A stretch of 64,000 nucleotides of DNA from Oopsacas minuta (taxonomy: Eukaryota > Animalia > Porifera): assembly GCA_024704765.1 (NCBI GenBank), contig JAKMXF010000332.1, positions 540,018 through 604,017 of the forward strand, in the 5' to 3' direction. The notes under the pieces were generated by a model. It did not search any database. It was not told where the DNA came from and saw only the letters and a list, made by a program, of their open reading frames with translations. Made by a program: the position numbers and the translations under genes. Shown piece after piece: positions 1 through 11,377 of this stretch (the first letter of the stretch is position 1; each line of letters opens with the position of its first letter).

Positions 1-469
1 GCCATGGGATTTGTTATGGCTTCAAGATACTCAGTACTGGAGAATCAACGGTCACTATTTTCAACCTTTTGATGTATATTTCACAACCCCACCAAAATAC
101 ATCATCTATTATAATACTTGCAATCTCCACAATACATGCTTACTCAGGTAATATTTCAAAAGTATCTTTAAAAAATATTTATAATAGGATATTTTGATAT
201 AAATTTCTTAGGATCCCAAGGGTTTCATGAAAAGCACCCTCTTGATTGACCGGTTTCATACAACAAATCGTAAGTGTAATCCTGCATACTCCATGAGAAA
301 TATTCAAACTTGAGAGATTCAGACACTAAATTCGCAAGTTTGTGAGCAACTGAACTCAAGATTGCGAAGGATTTCAACACAACTTTCGTACATGAATGTA
401 GAGAATATACTTTACACCACCCGATATTTCTTAAGCCAAACAAACAAAGATATTATAAATACACTTTAA
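1..469 (+). pseudogene. KDZ (Kyakuja-Dileera-Zisupton) transposase, C-terminal catalytic part, decayed; runs off the left edge
   Basis: Manual translation across one frameshift and a short intron-like segment (GT 148 to AG 211) gives HGICYGFKILSTGES..FNLL / FTTPPKYIIYYNTCNLH..CLLR / DPKGFMKSTLLIDRFHTTNRKC..Y.M..NSQVCEQLNSRLRRISTQLSYMN, ending at TAA 467-469. This matches the KDZ pattern CxHG..YGF..ES, IYDNACxLH, DRFHxxNH, NSQxxEQ, with D->Y and H->R changes and an in-frame stop. Confidence 0.7.
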
Positions 470-555
470 TCAATACAGATTATGAGTATTGTATACTGTA
501 TAATGATTTTACAGTATGATACATTTTGTTAACTAATGTGGGTACAATCAGAGCA

Positions 556-1375
556 CCTAAACAACTTTACAATTGATTTTATAATGCGTCTGTCGTCAGA
601 AACCTCCACACATGGATTATGGTAGCATTGATCACAGTGATGCATTTAACCATGTATTTGCTATAACTTTCAGGCATGTTACAATATCAATAGAGAGGAA
701 AAACTCCTCGACTTCCTGCTCTAAATATGTAGTTGTTTCAATCCGACTGTAAGATCTGGAAATAAGGTAATGTTCTTATTAACTAAGCATTTCGACAAAT
801 GAGACCACATTTGAGATTGGTCCAATCGAACATTAGAAGGATAATGGCCCAAAGGCTATGGCTGTAAAAACCACAGTAACAAATATCCCACAATCAGAAA
901 ATTCTTTCTGTTGTTGCATTATCTGCATGATATATTTGAAAGTATGCTTCTGTGTGTAAATTTCAGCTAATTGAACTTTGAAGTCATCTGAAACTGAATC
1001 AAATACGGAATCAAATAGTGAAACTTGGCCTGTTTTATCTGCACAATATACCAGCCAGTGAACACATGCAGCATCCTTATGTGTTTGTAGACTCTTAGTT
1101 GGACAGGTTTTGAATACGCCATAACGCCCTTCGACAATGTTTTGTAATCCTGGAAGATGGGGGAATTGATTGCGTAGAAGTACCTCAATATTATACATAA
1201 TAAGTCCGATTAAGAATAACTTCAGGAAACATGTTTGAGTAAGTGAAACTATGGGCAAACATGCCATGAATGCGTGTAATGTCGTTTCTTTGAGTAGTGT
1301 GCCTTGATCAGATAGCTCACTTAAGGGAGCTCCAAGATTTAAACCTTTAAAAATTGAGGATTTAACCTTTAACAT
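556..1375 (-). pseudogene. Ulp1/C48-like cysteine protease followed by a PHD-type zinc finger, decayed (probable transposon cargo)
   Basis: ORF 833-1375 has His (VHW), Asp (LFDS), Gln (QQQK) and Cys (DCGIF) in Ulp1-like order. After a frameshift it continues DQSQMWSHLSKCLVNKNITLFP, then Y*YCNMPESY..MVKC / HCDQCYHNPCV and a frameshifted CKxC (about 556-692). An S/T-rich N-terminal part may extend to about 1900. Confidence 0.65.
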
Positions 1376-2602
1376 TTGGGCGAAGAAGGATTCAATGGCG
1401 TTAGTATCTTTATTAATAAGTCTATCAACTATTCTTTGTATACTATCCGTAGTTTCAATACTTTCACTTGCGTATAGAGAACTGCTGTCGCTGGGATAAA
1501 TTTCAACTTATTGACCTAATTCTCTACTCTCAACAATATCCTAAAATGTAGCTGAATCTGATAATATTGATGGGTACATAATTTCTGTCTTTTCGTGGTA
1601 ATGGAGATTTACATTCATCTGAGAAGCTTAAGGGTGGAGCAAAAATCGAGAACTTGTTCTAGGCGTGCTTGATCCAGTAATATCAGTTTGAGTAATCTGT
1701 GATGTAGTACTATACTTTTGGTGGAAGAATAAGGAATCTGTCATGAATGGGGGAAAGACAAGCTGATGTTACACTAGATGACCTCTCGAAACTTATGTAG
1801 CGTATTAAAGGACTAATAAAAGATTCTTTAGAGTACCCCGATTTAATGTTATGGAAATCGATGCTTTTATCCAGGCACATGGGACGGATTTTCTTTGACA
1901 AATAGTTGCTTCCACCTAAATAAGAGTTGATGATTACTAATCGTTAAGATAATCGTTATTTTTGTTAGATTTTTTGAAAGAAATCAAAATATCGACTAGT
2001 AATACCATTTTAGCTAACAGGATGATCTTAACACTGTTCTATTCAAGTTAGCTTCACGTTATAAAATTAAATTTTAAAGATAAACTCGATGGAAATCCGT
2101 GAGACTTGGCAACTGCGATTACCTGCCATGAGTACTGCTCAATTAAGAGATTAAACAGAATTGGTAACTAATCGAATACATATTTCTATTCGTTTAACTT
2201 TTCGATAACTACAGTTCCATAATTTGATTAACGATGGTAATAAACAGGACTTTATTTATACTTTAGATACGCAGTGTCGGCCAGTATAAGAATTAAAAAA
2301 TTGTGAGATATTTGAACATCCTTAGACTGAACTTCACGTATCTCAAAATATATGATTTATATTTATTGTATATATGATCAAAATTCAAAAATCCAATAAT
2401 TCTTCAGGAAAAACATACATATGCTATTTTGAATTAGTATCCCAGGCTCCCAGCACCCAAGCTGTCTAGTCAGCATACTGAATTCTTTGCAGAATGACAA
2501 CGAAATCTGTAAGTTGTTGGCATTCGAAAGCGCCGCGAGCTCCGCCGTTTCCGCTCCTGTTTCAAAAAATGGTGAGCACACCAGGTCCCGTACCTTCAAT
2601 TA

Positions 2603-4744
2603 TACAGTTCAACAAATAAAATTCTATCTCTTGGATCAGATTGTTGGAGTGTTTTTAGGGTATATCGGAGTTGCTAAATCCGAAAATACCATTAGTTTTG
2701 CTGAATTGGCTCTAGTTTTCTAGATATTACATAACCTTAAATTTTAAGGTAATACTACAAATATTTTCGGTTTGCATGTCTATATCAAGATTTACAACTA
2801 TTAGTTCACAACATAGAAGCTTTTATGGATTCAAAACGCATTAGGCGTTGTTACCTCAATGATCCTGATGTCTTTTGCTATATTTGTGGTGAATATATGG
2901 CAAAAGAACATCGTTTTAATATTAGAGATGTCACCAAAATAGCTTATCAGGCTTACTTTGGTATTAAATTAAGCCATCAGGATAAGTCATAGAGCCCTCA
3001 CAAAGTGTGCAAATATTGCACAGAAACCCTCCGCCTATGGGCCCAAGGAAAAGCCAAATCCATGAAGTTTGGGGTACCAATGGTTTGGCGAGAGCCCAAG
3101 AACCATCACGATAACTGCTACTTCTGCATGGTTCAAATGTCTGGATGGAACCGGCAGAAAAAGAATTCGTGGCATCATCCTGACATACATTCTGCAAGAC
3201 GCCCAATTCCACCTGCAGCGAAATTCAGGTGCCTGTTTTTACGTCCTTACCTGATACTGCGTTTACTGAGGCAATTGATAAATCGTCGGACAGCACTTAC
3301 AGCAGCAATAGCTGTAATGAGTTGTTACAGATAAGTAAAGCGGACCCTTTCGCACAGGGGCAGCTCAACGGCTTAGTGAGAGACTTAGGCTTGTCAAAAG
3401 ATGCTTCAGAGATCCTGGCTTCCCGCTTCAGTGAACACCATGTTCTCCACAGTGAAGCTATGATAACTTATTATCGACGCAGAGACGAAGAACTTATTCG
3501 CTATTTGAGTGAAGAAGCCGGTTTCATGTTTGTAATAACATCCCAGGACTTCTCTCAGCAATGGGACTGTCCCAATACAATCCAAATGAGTGGCGTTTAT
3601 TTATCGACAGCTCTAAACGGAGTCTAAAGTGCGTGTTGCTGCATAATGGTAACAAATTTGCTTGTGTTCCGATCGGTCATTCAGTAATCTTAAAAGAGCA
3701 CTATGCAACTGTAAAGATGGTCCTACAAAAGTTGTGTTATGATAAACATAACTGGATCGCGTGTGTGGACTTGAAAATGGTCAATATCCTGTTAGGACAG
3801 CAAAGTAGTTACACTAAATACCCATGCTTTCTTTGTTTGTGGGACAGCAGAGCGGATGAGGTGCACTGGGAGGAGAAGAACTGGCCAGTTCGTCAAATGA
3901 TTGGGGTGGGGGCAAAGAATATCATTAACGAGCCACTAGTTAGCCGAGACCGTATCATCCTACCACCACTACATATCAAGTTGGGACTGATGAAACAATT
4001 CGTAAAGGCATTGAACAAAGATGGTACCTGTTCCAACTACCTCTGCTCAGTATATCGTGGTCTGAGTATCGAAAAACTTAAGGCAGGAATTTTTGGTGGG
4101 CCACAAATCAGAAAACTGATAAAAGATGAAGAATTCGCCTCACACATGACTGGAGTTGAGGCTGTCGCGTGGTATTCCATTGTCGATGTTGTAAAGGGAT
4201 TCTTAGGCAACACCAAAGTGGCTAACTACCAGAATCTGGTCGAAGGCATGCTCAAGAACTTCCACAGTCTGGGAACCAGAATGAGCCTAAAACTTCACTA
4301 TCTGTATGCCATTTAGACAGATTCCCTGAAAATCTTGGTGATTTAAGCGAAGAACAGGGCGAGCGATTCCACCAAGTCATCAGGACTATGGGACGCTCAC
4401 ATGTTGGCAGATTACTGCAGGAGCCTTATGCATGATTGCGCCTAAGAACCTCACAAGAGGAATTCGTATAAGAGAACACTCGTTTATGACTGATAAGTAT
4501 TCAGATCATATTATATCTCAAATTATCTGCTTATTACGTACGTTCAATTCTAGTTATAGTTAATACATACATACTATATGGTATCAGTGAACACAGATTC
4601 ACGGATGCTGAAAAACATAATTTCACAATATCACGAAAAGTAGAGCCAAATGACCAGAACTAGTGCCATTTTCGAACTCAGTGACCTCGATATACCCTAG
4701 AAATAGTTTCAACTTATCAGCCAAGAAAATGTTGTTAGCCAGTG
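2603..4744 (+). mobile_element. Chapaev3-type (CMC superfamily) DNA transposon, transposase disrupted
   Basis: Transposase about 2825-4490: FCYICGEY, WREPKNHHDNCYFC, FIDSSKRSLKCVLLHNGN, YPCFLCLWDSR, LPPLHIKLGLMKQFVKAL, with stops and frameshifts. The right end ...GCCAGTG (4744) is followed by TTA. The left end is an imperfect inverted copy of about 110 bp starting TACAG at 2603, preceded by TTA. Confidence 0.8.
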
Positions 4745-5369
4745 TTATATTTCCACCCTAATTACAACCAATATTTTGGAAAAGTTTAATAAATAAGATA
4801 AATTTAAATTTCAAGAGATCCTCGAGAATTAGAATAAACGAGAAGCAATTACAGTACAATCACCTCTCAAAATACGATATGCTTAAGTCATAGCATCCAT
4901 GCACTAAGGCAATGGTGGTCAGGGATTGATTGAATACCTCAATATTCACATAACCAAATTCTATTCGTCGCGATAATATATAAATGGTACATTTTGAAAG
5001 GAACAAATGGATTATAGATATTTTGACAATACACACAATCTATATCTACAAAGTATTTCCCGACTGAAATTACGTCATCTGCTGCTTGCTTACTTAGCAA
5101 TCATGTAAAGATAATGCTCCTATGTCAAGACCCAGTAATGAGTAAATTAATGCATTATCGTTTCAAATTTTTAACATGCATTTGCGCCGAAATGAGTATA
5201 ATTCCCAAGGGAGCGGGAGTTTATGTAATTGTGTGGTAATAATTCTCATTATAAAGGCAAACAATATAGTATATGCAATTATACATTAATTTTGCAGTTA
5301 AAAATTTCTGACATGGTTCTGTTGCTGACCAATTACCCGATTAACTGGTTGTTAACCTTAACTGGTGAC

Positions 5370-5394
5370 CCTATTAAGCGGAGTCTAATGTATT
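5370..5394. repeat. Isolated pogo/Tigger-like TIR fragment
   Basis: Reverse complement TA-CATTAGACTCCGCTTAATAGGGTCAC matches the ends of the MITE at 36318-36608. Confidence 0.45.
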
Positions 5395-5480
5395 ATTTTC
5401 TAATTGCAATAATTGAATAATGTAATGCGTCATGACTACGCTAATTGGACTAAATAATTACTGATATCAGTGATATATAA

Positions 5481-7949
5481 TTATAATAATGTAGTTATAT
5501 TAGTCCAGTTCTTGTTTTTCTTTGCAAACTTCGCATTGCGAGTAGTTATCCGATCCACTAAATTGTTGATGACATTAACCATTAAGAGCTTGTTGGGGTT
5601 TTCTGAATTGATCTTTAGGGTCGCGCAATGGTTCATCCGTTCCTGAGTCATTGTTGTCCTCAGCCAGGTCTTAATGATCCTTAAGGCCGAGAAGGATCTC
5701 TCAGGCTTACAGGTCGTTCCTTGGAGAGTGAGATATTTTCTGACGAGAACATCCATGCTTGAACATAGTCTGCAAAATATCATTCTGTCTTAGCGCCATG
5801 CCACAGTCTTCTACTGAAAATTTGGTTTTATCATCATCGCTGCAACTGCAGTTTCACAAGATTGTGACAACCCTTTGCTTGAGTCTTTACCTTTGTGACG
5901 CCCCCTTCAGATCCTTATTGTATCTGGAACACACATTGTCCATGTAAACACTGTTCGAATCGCAGATAACGTCCTCCAGCTCGACAATGAGCTTGAGCTC
6001 CTCTGTCGGGTGCCTATACATCAGAATACATATCTGAAATCAATTATAATTATACACAAGTCCATTACCTTTCGGCAATCTGTACTGCAGCCTTTTGGTA
6101 CATGGCATCGTAGATCTTAGAATGAATCCTGTCAATTACCTCCTGTGAAACCTCCAGATCACTGTTTCCACTCGGCAACGCGTTGCGTCCTGTTGACAAT
6201 CAGCTGTTCCAATTTGATCTCGATCGCTCTCGCTTTTACCGCATGTTAGAACGCCTATCCTTGTTCTTCGGTTTCCATTCTGGTCATCACTTCCATGAAG
6301 TGTTCTATTTTGTTGCTCACAAATCCAACTAAACCTGACGTCCTTGAACCTCAGTGCTAACAGGATGTACTATTGCATTAAGCCTCTGCAGCAGCCTGGC
6401 ACAAAAGTAATTTCGGAATTTGAGGAGCGTCTTAACGTAGGAAGTGCCAGCAGCCCCTTGTTCTTTGAAGAGGCCTCAATGATTCCATCCTTCAGCCCTA
6501 TGACATAGTCCAAAATGGCTGGATACCTTTGGCAGAACGCATTAATGGCAGCCGCTCTCAGTACCCATTGGGTAACACACAAGGGCCTGAGATTCGTCGT
6601 AGACTTAGTAACCTCTAGATGCCCTTTTTCCTGAACAGCATTTGTTCTTCGTCCTGATACACCACCAGTTCCTTGAATTCGTGCCTACAGTGGGGGGAAT
6701 ATTGAATGAAGCGTATAATTTCTTTAATATGTATTTGAATTTTTTTAATCAGAACTGCTGCAATGGCATCCTGGCAAACAGTGTTCAGGCCATGCCCCCT
6801 ACAATAACAGTAAACTGCAAGAATAAAGTCATTCTGCACCATCGTCGTCTCTCCATTTGGCCCCGGGGATTACTGTGGTTCCATCACTCGCTTGCCCACG
6901 ACATTGTTTAAGTTTCAGACCGTATGCCAGCCAACTCGCCCTAATCATCATGTAGATGTTTTTGCCTTTGCTGTGTCAAACTGACAGAATGTCAGCTACC
7001 TTTCGTGTGTCGCATAGTTTTATCAACCCATCTCAGGCAGATAGAGAGCTGTTCAATCCATTCTTTGTCGCACATTTCGTCTACCGTGATCGAAATGAAA
7101 TTCGCATTATTAACCTCATGAACTAACTTTCTTGTAGCGCCTTCAGCGGGAGACTCCAGAATCTCATTTTGAATCTGCCACCCAACATGTTTCATCTTTG
7201 TTCTTTTGCGATGTGGTTCCTGAGATTAGGGTAGTACTTTCTCATTAAATAAAGGAGAGACTTGGAAGTTTCCTTTGTTGTGCTCGTGTCCTCTTATTGC
7301 CAAGCCATTCTCACCCAGCCATTGAAGTGCATCAAAAATGGCCTCTAGAACTTCCCTGTCCTCCAGACGCTCTATCTGAATATTTGAGGCGACGAATTTT
7401 GCTATCGAATCTGCGGATACGTTTAGAGCCAATAGTTCAGCTGGATGTTGGTGCAACCTGTTCTTGTTATAGAGCCTCAGGTCGTCTACCCCCTTCCTGT
7501 AATCATTCCAGCCTGCTCCGAGGAACCTCTGTTTTCGGAGGCTCTCTTTTACCTCATATACGTTAGCAACTATTTATTCTCCTTGAGTGCCCAGCAGCAC
7601 CAACCGCACGGGGATGAGTCAGTGGTAGGGTTGTAGCGAAGCCATTTGAATTCAAACTTCCAAATGTGCTGGAAAGAGTGGTATTCTGCGTTTTTTGGAT
7701 ACGGTCCAAAATAGAAGTCATCATGCATAAAATATTTACGAGCACTACCAACAATATTCGATTTATTGTGTTGAACAAATGGCAGGTCAGTAAAGTCTGA
7801 GAATTCCCTATCGTGGAAAGAATAGTTTGGTCTGTACTACTGTTGGAGATATTCTGTAACTCTCCAGGCTCCTTGTCGAAGAAGAATCCGATTTTAGTCT
7901 GTTTTACCCCGATTGAGTTCTTGTATTTGTCTACAGGTCGCTTAGCCAT
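5481..7949 (-). mobile_element. hAT transposon (ZMYM1/DUF4371-type transposase), fragmented
   Basis: Ordered minus-strand fragments: GLAIRGHEHNKGNF (7226-7456), ITVDEMCD..EQLSICLRWVD (6992-7195), YCYCRGHGLN (6615-6842), CVTQWVLR (6370-6582), and the dimerisation motif LTL.GTTCKPERSFSALRIIKTWLRTTMTQER (5481-5783). TIRs were not resolved. Confidence 0.8.
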
Positions 7950-9261
7950 ACAAATGAAAATCTATTTTATTAAAACAGAAATATTGTATATATAATTTGA
8001 TTAACACTGGTGACATATAGCGTTAAACTACAATATATAAAGTATTTATAAGGAAATCACGATGGGGGGCAGACCCCCCCCGACCGTTGATCTTCGGCGC
8101 CCATCCATGGGATCAAAGGATGTTACCGCACAGAATATCATAAATTGTCATGATAAAGCTTTTGTGTTTTAGAGTGATGGTAGTGGCCATGGGTGGCATA
8201 TTTTAGCCAATATTCACCAATAACTTGACAGTCTTCGATGCTATGACCAGAACAACCAACTCACATGTAGTATATACCCGACTGCCCATACCTTGATAAT
8301 ACATTTTTATATGATACCTCTGATGATTATCACCCACTCTTGAAATTGAGCATATATTTATTATTGATGACTCCGCAAAATTCTGTGATGTCATTTCAAA
8401 ATGCATTATTAGGGTATGGGTAGTAAGGTATTTACCATATATATGTTAGTTGTTTTGGCCATAATATTGAAGGTTCTCAAGTTCTTGGAGTATAGTTGCT
8501 AAATATGCCCTTCATGGTCATTACTATACCTCGGAAACCCGCAAACTTAATAATGACAAATTTTGGATATTTTGTGGGGCAATGTCCTTAGATAACGTGG
8601 TATTATAATTTGAAAGGATAATGCATCAATTCACTCATGACTGTGTTTTAACATAGGAGCATTTCTTTTTACATGATTCTTAGTAAGAAAGTATCAGATG
8701 ACGTCATTTCAGCCTGAAATACTTTGTAGATGAATAAGGTGTGTAATGTCAATTATCATCAATGATACATTCATTTGGGTTGCAATATACCAGTATTTCC
8801 CTATGTGAGTTTTGTGGTATTCAATCAATCCCTGTTCCAAAAACTTTAGTGCCCACCATGCCTTAGGGTATAGAATGCTATGGTTATGTAGATTGAAGTG
8901 ATTTGAAACCACAAAAATGCATTTAGAAAATGTATTTTAACATTCCTAGGTATTTACCATGACTCATTGAGTTGATGGGCTATTATCACAAACACTCAGA
9001 TTTCTATGAAATATAGCATTCTGGAAACAGTTATTGTGAAATCTAAACATTTCAAGCATTTGAAAATATCTCTACTTCCGCCTATTTTCCTACTTTGCGC
9101 AGAAAGCCATTAATTAAATTCATTTCTATGGACCAATTTAATAGAATTCGCTCCTCGCCTACGGTGACCAAATCTTTTGAATTCCTAGCTACTTTCCTAT
9201 TGATAAATTAGAATTCTATGATATAATTACATATTATTTATCCTTGTAACAAAGTAGCTTA

Positions 9262-9561
9262 ATGAATCAAGATACGGAGAAGCTAAATATCGATAGTGTA
9301 ATTAACCGCTTGTTAGAGGTCCGTGGAGTTAGACCTGGAAAGACAGTTCAGTTATCTGAGTTTGAGATACGAGCTTTGTGCATAAAGTCGCGGGAACTTT
9401 TTCTTTCTCAACCGATTCTACTTGAGCTTGAAGCTCCACTCAAAATCTGTGGGGACATTCACGGACAGTACTATGACCTATTGAGGTTATTTGAGTATGG
9501 TGGTTTCCCTCCTGAAAGCAATTACCTATTCTTGGGAGATTACGTAGACAGAGGAAAACAG
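9262..9561 (+). CDS. PPP1C: Serine/threonine protein phosphatase 1 catalytic subunit, exon 1 (codons 1-100)
   Basis: [20 protein letters not shown]...[18 protein letters not shown]...GDYVDRGKQ; GDIHG and GDYVDRG metallophosphatase motifs; phase-0 donor CAG|GTATTA at 9562. Confidence 0.97.
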
Positions 9562-11377
9562 GTATTATTGATACGATCTTAGACAGGTCAGAGCAGTATT
9601 TGAGCAAGGCTAATCTGAGCACTTATTGAGACTTAGCTATAAGATCCTACATTTTACTGATCATATACATTTTTTGCAGCTCCTATGCTGATTGTATGAA
9701 ATTGGAGAATTTGTAATGTCTATGCGGCTCAGCATTGTCAAGCAGCCTGGTTGAACACATAATTGGTTCCTCACGTTAACTTTAGATAATTCGGACTTTC
9801 ATAATTTGATCAATTTTTTGTATCTTAAGAATGCTACCAGTGATCTTGAAACGTCATAATTTTGACCTACTGCATGCTAATGGAAGTTTGCTTCTTCATG
9901 GCTTTACGTATATTGTAAAATTTGCGATTTTTATACTTTTTTTTGAATCTCATAACCAAAGGTAATGAGTGCAAATTGTATGCAGCAGAGTGGTGCTATA
10001 TCATGTTAAGAATACGAAGTCAAATCACCCGGTGTGCCTTGCCTATCTAGGTGTATTAATGGGGGCCATATACGTAGGGATTATATTAGTTTATTCGTCA
10101 GAGCCCGCTCTCAATCCAATTTATGTCCGCCATACCAATTCCTGGGGGAAACACAAATAATATAATATATGATCTTTGCAGGATTGGGTCATAGTCGTAA
10201 ATTACTTTAAGTCAAAAAGTTCATAATTGTTGAAAAATAGGTTATGTACTTAAACTGCGCAATAATGATTATAGAATCTCCGCACCATAGGCGCCACGTA
10301 AAACCACCATCCAGCTGGGGGCCTGAGCTGTAAGTAACCTTGTGGGTTGGAGCCCCTGGAAGACAATTCTATTTCCATTTTTCAATCATATTACCTGCCT
10401 TTCTTCTGTCAGGTAAGCTGAATCTCAAATTTCTGAGTAATACTCGTAAAGCTTGTAAGTTCTCGATTGACTATTTACTACATTGCCTCTTTGTATAGTA
10501 CATGAGTATTTCGAATGCGATTGCCCTGGTTAATATTCAAAGAAGTTATATACGTATGAGAATCATTTCAAATTGAATAAAGTTATCGTAAGCTAATAAT
10601 TGTTATTTTGTTCGTAAACTTGTATTCCCACCTTCAGGGCAACTTACCATCCGTAGACCAATGCAAGTTATATAACCTGAGATTAAGGATCATCTAGTGA
10701 AACTTACGTATATGTTAAAACTCAATGATAGAGTCATAGAGGATATGTAATATACTACTCATTCAGTATATATATATAGCTAGTATGAAATTCAAAAATT
10801 TTATAATGAAACTAGATAACCCAATGTTCTTTGTACTTCATTGCAATTGCAAACAATTTAACACCGTATATATATTAAATTCTATATCTTTGTGGATAGA
10901 CATCAAAGCTAACCCATTATGCGCTCGTCTACCATTAATGGTCTGAGCCTGTTTCAAAATTTTCATTGCACTAAAACATCGTTCTGGAGTACATGTAGTA
11001 ACAGGTAATGTCAAAGCTATTTGAAATAATTTCGAAGTGGGATGGAAAACTAGAAAGGGGCTCATGAATATCGTCTATATCTACTTTTCTTTGGAATGAT
11101 AAGAATACTCTAAATTCTTCGTGAAATTCCATCAATGCACAATTTAGTAATGTTTGATAGAAGTAATACACAGTTTCGAGCAAGTCAAATTTTATTTCAT
11201 TTGATTGTAATAATTTATTCATTTGTAATGACATTCTTGATCGGACTGAAATTCTCAAATTTGGATGCCCAATAACTCCGATTGTAATGATCACTGGTAC
11301 AATCATTTGTAGGATTCAAAGAAGTACTTATTGTTACACTATATTCATCACAAGATATTTGCTGATTTCCTTTAGGC

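Noticed and set aside
2262-2600. Possible Kolobok-like non-autonomous element (AGATACG... / ...CGTACCT ends)
   Set aside because: End similarity is only a few bases and no TTAA duplication is present on both sides.
9562-9582. ORF-track extension of PP1 exon 1 (VLLIRS*) and likewise 29460-29489
   Set aside because: Run-on into introns past canonical GT donors; conserved PP1 sequence resumes only at the next exons.
10290-10296. TGGCGCC on the minus strand, resembling a tRNA primer-binding site
   Set aside because: No adjacent LTR end (CA), no LTR pair and no gag/pol sequence.
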